Source of the DNA: a virus
Lineage: Duplodnaviria > Caudoviricetes
Length of the DNA: 64,000 nt
Reading direction: 5' to 3' (one strand)
IMG/VR virus record: IMGVR_UViG_3300046528_000120
Coordinates: 1 to 64,000 of that record
Positions 56,780 through 64,000 of the stretch are shown here, piece after piece. Position numbers and translations under genes: made by a program. Every line of letters starts with the position of its first letter. The first letter of the stretch is position 1. The notes beneath the pieces were generated by a model, which had not been told where the DNA came from, ran no database searches, and saw only the letters and a program-made list of their open reading frames with translations.

Positions 56780-57282
56780 TGGTAGCCGATACCCGCTTCG
56801 TGAACGGGGCGCAGAAACTGGCGCAGCGTATCCGCACCATCCGTGGCCGCCTTCAAATTGGTCCGTTGACCGAAGAGATCGGCGAGCTGCTGTTGGCGCG
56901 GACGCTGCGCCGGTTCGATGCCGAGATCGACCCCGATGGCAAGCGCTGGCCGGAGCTGTCCCACGGTCACCAGGAACGGCGTGCCCGCGACGGCCATAGC
57001 GGCAAGATGCTGAACGTGTCCGGCGCCCTGCGCGGCTCCATCCAACTCATCCGGGGTGCAGTGGACTTCGGCACGGTCTACACCAATACCGGTGCCGGCG
57101 TCCGTATCGGCGTCGAGCCGGGTGAGCAAGCAATGAAGGCCTACGTGCACAACTATGGCTGGAAGCGCAAACCCGGTGGCCCCATCCAGCAGCGCCGCTT
57201 CCTCGGTATCGGCCAGCTTGACGTGAAATCGGTCGACTCCTTCCTGCGCCGCCGCGCTCAATCAGTGGTAGACGAATCATGA
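56779..57282 (+). CDS. Virion morphogenesis / tail completion protein
   Basis: RRFDAEIDPDGKRWPELS…L..SG.LRGSI…YVHNYG…QRRFLGI. Confidence 0.82.
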   Translation: MVADTRFVNGAQKLAQRIRTIRGRLQIGPLTEEIGELLLARTLRRFDAEIDPDGKRWPELSHGHQERRARDGHSGKMLNVSGALRGSIQLIRGAVDFGTVYTNTGAGVRIGVEPGEQAMKAYVHNYGWKRKPGGPIQQRRFLGIGQLDVKSVDSFLRRRAQSVVDES

Positions 57283-57770
57283 TGCTCAACCAAGACCCAG
57301 ATCAGATCACGCGCATGGAAGATGACCTGCGCGACAAGATTCAAGTTGCAATCAATTTCAAACCCGAACTGAATGCCGGCGTGTACGGCGTCTTCAGCAT
57401 CGACGACCTCGAATCCAAGATGCAAGACGATCTCGGCGGTGGCATCGGTGTCGGCGTCCAGTTCGTCTACACCCAGGCGGCCGACCTCCAGGCCCGCCCC
57501 GGCGCACAGAATGCCCGCTACCTGCAATTCATGTTCCAGGTCATCCTCGCGGTGCCGTGTGGCATGGAGGCGGTCGAACGCGGGCTGGCAACCAAGCTGC
57601 TCGGCGTCACGCGCCAAGCCATCTTCGGCGAACCACTGAAGGACGACAAGGTGAACCGGGCATGGGACTTCGTGCGTGAGCAAGCAGAACCTAGTGCGTC
57701 AACCGCGACGATGCTGTACTATTCGCAACTCTGGCAAGTTGCCCTGCCGCAAGTAGCGCAGCGCGCCTAA
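57279..57770 (+). CDS. Tail terminator-like protein
   Basis: Position before the tail tube; beta-rich C-terminus. Confidence 0.6.
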   Translation: MMLNQDPDQITRMEDDLRDKIQVAINFKPELNAGVYGVFSIDDLESKMQDDLGGGIGVGVQFVYTQAADLQARPGAQNARYLQFMFQVILAVPCGMEAVERGLATKLLGVTRQAIFGEPLKDDKVNRAWDFVREQAEPSASTATMLYYSQLWQVALPQVAQRA

Positions 57771-57794
57771 TTTTTCAACCTGAAGGAGTTAAAC

Positions 57795-58589
57795 ATGCGT
57801 GAAGTAATCAATGAATACTACTCGGGCCAGGGCCGCATCCTGATTGGCAAGCGTGACAACGCCACCGGCCGGGCTTACGGCTTCCGCCATGTCGGCAACT
57901 GCTCGGCCCTCTCGGTCGACATCGCCGTGGAGAAGTTCGCCCACAAGGAATCGACCTCGGGCCTGCGCGCCCAAGACCTGTCGGTGGTCAAGTCGCAGAC
58001 CGCGACCATGAAGACCACCTGCGAGTCGCTGTCGAACGAAAACCTGGCCCTGGGCCTGTACGGCAAGTCGACCAAGGTGGCTGGCGCCGCTGTCGTCGAC
58101 GAGTTCCACCCGTTCGATACCGTCGATGCCGGCGTCATCGCGCTGGACTTCCCGAACGTGTCGCTGGTCACGGTGAAGACCGGCGCCGACAAGGCCACCG
58201 CCACCGCCGTCGCCAACGTGCAGAACGCGGCGTACGAGGTGGACCCGACCTTCGGCACCATCTACGTCAAGGACAAGACCAAGTTCACTGGCGCCAACGT
58301 CTATGTGTCGTACACCTACGGCGCGTCGACCAAGCTGGACGTGTTCACCAACCCGGTGCCGGCTGAAGTGGCGGTGCGCTTCGAGGGCCTGAACACCATC
58401 AACGGTGAAGCCGTCCTGATCACCATCCCGCGCGTCACCTTCGACCCGCTGACCGGCCTGCAATTCATCAACGACGAGCTGTCGAACGCCGAGTTCACCG
58501 GCAACGTGCTGCTCGACCCGAAGATCGACGCCAGCACCGGCTCGCAGTTCATGTCGAAGTTCACCATCCCGGCCTCGGCCGTGGTGTAA
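57795..58589 (+). CDS. Major tail tube protein
   Basis: YYSGQGRILIG…VGNCSALS…HKESTSGLR…RFEGLNT. Confidence 0.85.
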   Translation: MREVINEYYSGQGRILIGKRDNATGRAYGFRHVGNCSALSVDIAVEKFAHKESTSGLRAQDLSVVKSQTATMKTTCESLSNENLALGLYGKSTKVAGAAVVDEFHPFDTVDAGVIALDFPNVSLVTVKTGADKATATAVANVQNAAYEVDPTFGTIYVKDKTKFTGANVYVSYTYGASTKLDVFTNPVPAEVAVRFEGLNTINGEAVLITIPRVTFDPLTGLQFINDELSNAEFTGNVLLDPKIDASTGSQFMSKFTIPASAVV

Positions 58590-58612
58590 GCCGTCCACCC
58601 GGACATCCCTGC

Positions 58613-58638
58613 AAAGCCCGCTTCGGCGGGCTTTTTTT
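58613..58638 (+). terminator. Rho-independent terminator
   Basis: AAAGCCCGC-TTCG-GCGGGCTTT followed by a T run. Confidence 0.88.
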
Positions 58639-58662
58639 ATTGCAATTGATTTCAATAAGGTA

Positions 58663-58692
58663 TTGCTTCCCGGAATTAAGCTGGTGTAGAGT
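58663..58692 (+). promoter_or_regulatory. Putative promoter of the chaperone/tape measure operon
   Basis: TTGCTT-18 bp-TAGAGT after the terminator and a motif copy. Confidence 0.4.
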
Positions 58693-58833
58693 ACGTTCCG
58701 TGGCGCCGAACACCGGCAACAGCAGCGCAGATGGTCATACCCTAACTCGCCTCGTGCACCCTGGGACCGGATGCTGCTACGCAAGGATCGGCGCCACACC
58801 CTTATCTGGCGTAGGCACAACTTCGAGAACATC

Positions 58834-59385
58834 ATGGACCAACCAAACAACATCATTGCTTCGATTGACGCCCTGTTCGGCGGAAGCTCCAGTAGCTTCA
58901 CCCTGCGCAGTGGCGCCAACGTCGAATTCCAGAAGGTGAACCTGCCGCGCATCGCGGTCGTGACCACCATGCTCGACAAGCTGGCGACGACGCCGCTGGC
59001 CGACAAGTTCCGCGCATTCTTGCAATCAATTGCAAAGGAACAGGGTGCACTGCTGGCCGGCGGCCAGTCGCCCGATGCAATTGATTTCAACAAGGGCGTG
59101 GCCCTGGAGAAGGCCTTCGCGAATCACTCGCTGCTACTCCAGGTGTTCAGCACCGTCGCCGAGACCATCCCCGAATTCGTCGCTGCCCTGTCGACCATCG
59201 GCGTGAAGGACTACGAAGCGCTGGAGCTGGATGAACAACTGATACTGGCCGCTGGCGTCGTCGCGGTGAACTACGCTTTTTTTACCCAGAGCTTGCCCCC
59301 CATTATCGCGACCGTGATGAAAAACGTCGGCGCCAAGAAACAGGCAAGCCTGGGAAGCACGGCAAAGAATCAAAGCAAAACCTAG
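58834..59385 (+). CDS. Tail assembly chaperone (gpG-like)
   Basis: Lies between tail tube and tape measure; contains the slippery T TTT TTT. Confidence 0.8.
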   Translation: MDQPNNIIASIDALFGGSSSSFTLRSGANVEFQKVNLPRIAVVTTMLDKLATTPLADKFRAFLQSIAKEQGALLAGGQSPDAIDFNKGVALEKAFANHSLLLQVFSTVAETIPEFVAALSTIGVKDYEALELDEQLILAAGVVAVNYAFFTQSLPPIIATVMKNVGAKKQASLGSTAKNQSKT

Positions 59386-59624
59386 CGCAGTGGATCGAGG
59401 ATAGCGTCCAGAAGCTGCTGCAACATGGGCACCGACTGAGCGCGATCCGCGACTACAACCTGGACCAGCTTTTGATTTTTCTTGATGCCGTAGAGAGGCA
59501 GGAAGCGGTATCAAGAATGTGCTTCGTTACTGACATGGGCGTGGTAGTTGGCTCTGTGTTCAGTAAAGAGAATCCCCTTGGTGCCCATCTCGACTCTCTG
59601 CGGAAAACTGCAAATGGAGAGTAA
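58834..59624 (+). CDS. Tail assembly chaperone -1 frameshift product (gpGT-like)
   Basis: Slip at 59277-59283; the -1 frame is open to TAA 59622-59624 and encodes VQKLLQHGHRLSAIRDYNLDQLLIFLDA. Confidence 0.8.
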
Positions 59625-59627
59625 CCT

Positions 59628-62600
59628 GTGGCGGATTCCACTCTTGGCGTAAATGTAATCGGGCGTGACGATCTCACGCCCCTCCTGAACAACCTCGAAT
59701 CCCGCATCATTCGCTTTGTGGGATTCGTTTCTTCCGCAATCGCCGGGGTCAAGGTCGCGGCCTTCCCGGTCTCCGCTACGGCCGACTTCCAGCGCGAGCT
59801 GGCGAACGTCCAGAAAACCACCAACTTCCTCGACGACCAGATGCGCGGCCTCGCCGGCAGTCTGAAAGAGCTGTCGTTGCGCATGAACGTGTCGGTGGTC
59901 GACCTCACCAAGATCGCTGCCGCTGCCGGCCAACAGGGTCTGGGTGGCGCTGGCGTGGCGGGCGTCGTCAAGTTCACCGAGTCCGTCGCCCGTATGGCCT
60001 CGGTCCTGGACATCAGCGCCGAAGACGCCGGCACCAACATCGGCAAGCTGCTGAACATCTTCCACCTCAGCGTGAACGAGACCGAGAAGATTTCGTCGGC
60101 CTTCAACGAGGTCTCCAACAACTCGACCGCGAGCGGTGCGCAACTGCTGGACATCGTGCGCCGCATCGGCGACGCCGCAGGTACGATCAACCTCCAGAAA
60201 TCGCTGGGCCTCGCTGCTACCGGTATCGACCTCGGCCTGTCGCCTGAAGTGGTCGGCACCTCGTTCCAGTCGATCTTCATCCAGATGCGCTCGAAGGCGT
60301 CGCAGTTCTCCAAGCTGCTCGGGGTCGACGTTAAGACCTGGATGGACACGCTGAAGAACGATGGCATCACGGCGCTGACCCAGTACCTGTCGGCGCTGCG
60401 CAAGCTGGATAGTCAGAGCCAAGCCGAGACCATCAACAAGCTGTCGGGCCAGGGCCGTATCGCCGGCCTGATGAACAAGCTGATACAGGATACGACCAAC
60501 TCGGTCCTGAACAAGAACCTGGGCAACGCCGATGCCGGCTTCGGCTCAGGCACCTCGGCACTGAAGGAGCAGCAGCGCGTGCTGGGCACCTTCAACGAGC
60601 AGGCCAAGATTCTGAAGAACTCCATCTTCACCCTGGCCACCGAGACCGGCGATCAACTGGTGCCGCAGCTCACCGCCTACACCGCGAAGCTCTCCGAAGC
60701 CCTGCAAGCGCCGGGCCTGAAGTCGTTCATGCAGGCCATCGGCCAGTCCTTCCTCGACCTTGTGAAATCAATTGCAAGCGTCACGAGCTGGGTAGCGGGA
60801 CTGAACATCAACTGGGAAAACTTCATCGGCACCGCCAAGGTTCTCGTGAGCCTGCGTCTGGTCGAGATGTTCGGCGGCCTCGCCACGCGCCTGCCCGGCG
60901 TCTCCGCGTTATTCGCCACCATGGCGACCTCGGCCAATGCCGCCGCTGGCGCGATGGGTCAAGCCGCTACCGCCCAGGTCAACGGTCTGACCCGCATGAC
61001 CACGGCCGTGCGCGAGTACGCCGCTGCTCGCGCCCAGCAAGCTGCCGCTGACGATGCCGCCGCGCGTGCACAACGGGTCGCGCAGTCGCGGGAAGCCGAC
61101 TATTTGCGACAAGCCCGCGTGGATGTCGCTGCCAACCGCCTCGCCCAAACGGCCGGGGCCAACACCGCCGCCGCTGCCACAAATAACGCGAATGTCCGCG
61201 CCCAGGCCGCCGCCGCTGAAGCCAACGTGGTCAACACCCTGGCCCAGCGCCGCGCCCAGGCCGAAGCAGCCAGCCAAGCGCAGATCACGCAGATTCAGGC
61301 GAACTACCGTGGCCAGCGCCGGGTAGCACAGATCGCCGCGCGCGACGCTGAGATCGCCCAGGAAGAAGCCGCGCTGCGCCGCCGCCTCGCCGGCTACGAT
61401 GGCTACTACAACCGGCTCCTGGCCCAGACCCAGGCCAGCAACTTGCAATTGATTGCAGCGGCCGAAGCGAACGAACTGCGCCTGACCCAGGTTCAGCAGA
61501 CCGCAGAGCAACAGCGCCTCGCCTCCGCGCGCGGGGCCAGTGTGCGCCGCATCCAGATGGAAGAGTCGGATGGTGCCGTTCGCGCCGCTCAGGCCCGCGC
61601 ACGCGCCGCCGCAGCCGCTACGGAAGAGGCACGCGCCCGCGTGTTCAACCTCGGGGCCGTCCTCGGTGCGGTTGCCGCTGGTCTCGGCCGCCTGCTCAGC
61701 CTCGCGTCGGGCGTAGTCCTGTGGGGCACCCTGATCTACACCGCCCTGGATGCGCTCGGCATCGTCGACAAGCTCGGCCCGATGTTCCAGAACTTCACCG
61801 ACAAGCTGGGCCTGACCTCGGCCAAGTCTCGAGAAGCCGCTGAGAAGACCAAGCTGCTCAACGAAGAGCTGGAGAAGCAGAAGAATCACGTTGCCGCCCT
61901 CGCCGCAGAATATGACAAGCTGAAGGACAAGCAGACCGGTGGCCTGTCGACGGCCGGCGTCAAGGCACTCCAGGGCAACCTGACCAGCCAGAACTTCGAG
62001 CAACGCCAGCGCGCCGTGGGTGACCTCGGTGGCGCCCTGGTCGCGTCCGACAACGAAGTGGCGACGGCGAAGAAGCCGATCCCCTCGGCGCAGTTCACCA
62101 AGCTGAAGAAAGACCTGGACGAGGCCACCGCCTCCTACAAGAAGCTGAACGACGCCTTCCGCGATAATCAGACCATCGAAGGCAAGCGCGTCTACAGCGG
62201 CGAGGTGCGCGCGGCTAAGGACAAGGTAGACGAGCTGACCAAGGCCTACGCCCAGGCCCAGCAGACCGCCGAGAACTTCAGCAAGACGACTGCCGCCAGC
62301 GGTGCCGTGGTCGCGGAGCAGGCCGCCCAGCGTCAGAAGGAACTCGCCGAACAAGTTGCCGGCCTGTTCACTGACAAGTCGGCTGACCTCTTCCAGCAAT
62401 TCGTGGTGCCGATCAGCAACGCGCAGAAGGCAGTCGACGTGCTGAACAAGTCGCGCTCCGATCTGATGCAGAAGCAGATCACGCTGACCGACCCGGCTGA
62501 CATCAAGAAGTCAAACGCAACCCTCGATCAGCTCAACCTGGACATCGCGGCGGCGCAGAAGAACCTGACCGACCTCCAGAACAAGTTTAAAGAGACTCAG

Positions 62601-64000
62601 GCTACTCTGCTCGGCGATAAGAACCTGCCGCAAGCCGATACCAATGCAATCTTTGGACTGAATTCATTCAGCGGCCAGACCAACGAGTTTATCACTGCAT
62701 TCCAGAAGACCCTGGCGCAGCAGCGCGCGGCCGGCGCCAAGCTGACCGGCTCCCTCAACGCCAAGGTGGACGACACCAAGCCGGACGGTGACGGCAAGTT
62801 CGAGACCAACACCGAGAGCGAAGCGCGCAAGATGGCGAAGGTCCAGTACGAGCTGGCCAAAGCCAAGAACGACGCCCTGGCACAACTGGAGCGTGAGAAG
62901 AACGACCAGATTCAGCGCATCAACCAGGAGGCGTACGACCGTGGCATGCTCGACATGCGCACCTTCTACGAAGAGCGCAAGCGCTTGCAACTGAAGAGCA
63001 ACGCCGACGAGATCAAGGCGCTGCAAGCCGATGCCGGCGAAGCCCGCCGCCAGCGCGACGCCCGCAAAGCCGATGGTGCCAAGCCCTCGGAACTGGCCGG
63101 CTTCGACGTGAACATCGCCCGCCTGAATGGTCAGATCGCCGTCCTGAAAGAAAAGCAGAAGGGTATCCGCGCCGACGCGGAGCGTGACCTGAGCAACGCC
63201 CAGAAAGCATTCGAGGCGTCGATCAGCAGCGCCCAGCTCAACCTCGCAAGCACCCTGGGCGTGGAGAACTTCGACGAATTCTTCGGCCAGACCCTGGAAG
63301 CGGCGCACCAGCAGAACGCGGACTTCTGGGCCAAGATCGTGCAGGAGGGCGGCGAAGGTAGCAGTGAGCTGGTCAACAAGCTGCAACAGGCTGCTAAGCT
63401 GGAAGCCCTGGCCAAGGTGTTCGACAAGATCGGCGAGTCGATCCAGCGCTCCTACTCGTCGCTCGATCTGTGGATTGGCCGCCTGGGAACCCTGCAAGAG
63501 CGTGGCGAGATCACCACGGCTCAGTACGAGAAGCAGGCCCAGCGCTACCGTGCAAAAGCTGCTGAGATGATCGCGTCTGACATCGCGGTACAGCAAGCCC
63601 AGCTCCAGGCCCTGACCGATGCCGGCGATCAGCAGACGCAGAAGTACAAAGACCTCAACCTGCAACTTGACCAGAACAAGCTGCGGCTGGAGCAGTTGCG
63701 CGCCCAGGGCAACCAAGTAGCGCGCGAGATCAACCAGAGCATCCAGCAGGGCATCCAGGCCGCGCTGAATTCGCTCCTGGACGGCCGGCAGGCACAGCAG
63801 CTCTCCAGCATTCAGCAGCAGGTTCTGGAAGACAATGCCTCCAGCGTGCGCCGCCTGGAAGACAACCTCGCGTTCCTCCAGCGCGCCCGCGATGGCGTCA
63901 TCGGTGGCTACTCTGCGGACAACGCCAACATCGACGCCCAGATCGCTAAGACCAAGGGCCAGATCGAGGATATGCGCAAGCAGTCCGCTGCGATCCGCAA
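59628..64000 (+). CDS. Tape measure protein (TP901-like N-terminal core), truncated by the window end
   Basis: GTG after GGAG; ADFQRELANVQKTTNF…IAAAAGQQG; long Ala/Gln-rich helical ORF with no stop seen (absent from the ORF track). Confidence 0.92.
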   Translation, partial: MADSTLGVNVIGRDDLTPLLNNLESRIIRFVGFVSSAIAGVKVAAFPVSATADFQRELANVQKTTNFLDDQMRGLAGSLKELSLRMNVSVVDLTKIAAAAGQQGLGGAGVAGVVKFTESVARMASVLDISAEDAGTNIGKLLNIFHLSVNETEKISSAFNEVSNNSTASGAQLLDIVRRIGDAAGTINLQKSLGLAATGIDLGLSPEVVGTSFQSIFIQMRSKASQFSKLLGVDVKTWMDTLKNDGITALTQYLSALRKLDSQSQAETINKLSGQGRIAGLMNKLIQDTTNSVLNKNLGNADAGFGSGTSALKEQQRVLGTFNEQAKILKNSIFTLATETGDQLVPQLTAYTAKLSEALQAPGLKSFMQAIGQSFLDLVKSIASVTSWVAGLNINWENFIGTAKVLVSLRLVEMFGGLATRLPGVSALFATMATSANAAAGAMGQAATAQVNGLTRMTTAVREYAAARAQQAAADDAAARAQRVAQSREADYLRQARVDVAANRLAQTAGANTAAAATNNANVRAQAAAAEANVVNTLAQRRAQAEAASQAQITQIQANYRGQRRVAQIAARDAEIAQEEAALRRRLAGYDGYYNRLLAQTQASNLQLIAAAEANELRLTQVQQTAEQQRLASARGASVRRIQMEESDGAVRAAQARARAAAAATEEARARVFNLGAVLGAVAAGLGRLLSLASGVVLWGTLIYTALDALGIVDKLGPMFQNFTDKLGLTSAKSREAAEKTKLLNEELEKQKNHVAALAAEYDKLKDKQTGGLSTAGVKALQGNLTSQNFEQRQRAVGDLGGALVASDNEVATAKKPIPSAQFTKLKKDLDEATASYKKLNDAFRDNQTIEGKRVYSGEVRAAKDKVDELTKAYAQAQQTAENFSKTTAASGAVVAEQAAQRQKELAEQVAGLFTDKSADLFQQFVVPISNAQKAVDVLNKSRSDLMQKQITLTDPADIKKSNATLDQLNLDIAAAQKNLTDLQNKFKETQATLLGDKNLPQADTNAIFGLNSFSGQTNEFITAFQKTLAQQRAAGAKLTGSLNAKVDDTKPDGDGKFETNTESEARKMAKVQYELAKAKNDALAQLEREKNDQIQRINQEAYDRGMLDMRTFYEERKRLQLKSNADEIKALQADAGEARRQRDARKADGAKPSELAGFDVNIARLNGQIAVLKEKQKGIRADAERDLSNAQKAFEASISSAQLNLASTLGVENFDEFFGQTLEAAHQQNADFWAKIVQEGGEGSSELVNKLQQAAKLEALAKVFDKIGESIQRSYSSLDLWIGRLGTLQERGEITTAQYEKQAQRYRAKAAEMIASDIAVQQAQLQALTDAGDQQTQKYKDLNLQLDQNKLRLEQLRAQGNQVAREINQSIQQGIQAALNSLLDGRQAQQLSSIQQQVLEDNASSVRRLEDNLAFLQRARDGVIGGYSADNANIDAQIAKTKGQIEDMRKQSAAIR

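Larger units (their letters stand above)
1512..61458. repeat. Dispersed 16-bp quasi-palindromic motif TTG(C/A)AATCAATT(G/T)CAA, 49 copies
   Basis: Start positions: 1512, 4019, 4646, 5655, 6668, 8289, 9641, 10246, 11421, 13263, 16241, 16916, 18466, 19381, 22147, 22318, 24650, 26515, 27607, 28285, 29717, 30254, 31890, 33401, 33646, 34068, 34600, 34733, 35336, 37298, 38246, 40571, 41860, 43283, 44148, 45936, 48465, 49238, 50505, 51566, 53564, 54677, 55739, 57346, 58640, 59020, 59075, 60762, 61443. Each has 0-2 mismatches; both orientations occur. Confidence 0.95.

Noticed and set aside
1512-61458. 16-bp motif as a CRISPR repeat, REP element or IS end
   Set aside because: Copies are dispersed, too short, often intragenic in frame, and show no spacers, target duplications or transposase.
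2215-63716. Long minus-strand ORFs (e.g. 2215-4056, 6752-8215, 14153-15580, 50927-52606, 60909-62399)
   Set aside because: They are antisense shadows of GC-biased + strand genes, with no recognisable motifs or RBSs.
1-64000. tRNA genes, integrase or lysogeny module
   Set aside because: No cloverleaf with a T-loop in intergenic DNA and no recombinase motifs were seen; lifestyle cannot be settled from this window alone.

Overview
This is 64 kb of a GC-rich tailed dsDNA phage genome with a siphovirus-type tail. Every credible gene is on the + strand, and I found no integrase, tRNA or CRISPR array. Gene order: a recombination/replication block (SF2 helicase, RecA, SLOG, resolvase-like and Cas4-like nucleases, RuvC); an H1-like/DUF3102-like DNA-binding protein; a ParB / ParB-ParB-methyltransferase / Acb2-like / CmoA-like cluster directly upstream of the terminases; thyA; about 20 kb of small genes, many with their own repeated promoter-RBS leader; a repeat-rich, partly non-coding zone (33.2-38.7 kb); more accessory and nucleotide-metabolism genes; then portal, protease, scaffold, capsid, connectors, tail tube, a frameshifted chaperone and a tape measure gene that runs off the window. 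The strongest unexplained signal is a 16-bp AT-rich quasi-palindrome, TTG(C/A)AA-TCAA-TT(G/T)CAA. I counted 49 copies by eye, in both orientations, roughly one per 1.3 kb, with about half inside coding sequence in all three reading frames. It co-occurs with ParB-fold proteins, a non-C5 methyltransferase and a CmoA-like (carboxy-SAM synthase) gene. Together these may form an undescribed site-loaded genome-coating or DNA-modification system; that link is inference. Family assignments come from motif recognition without database searches.
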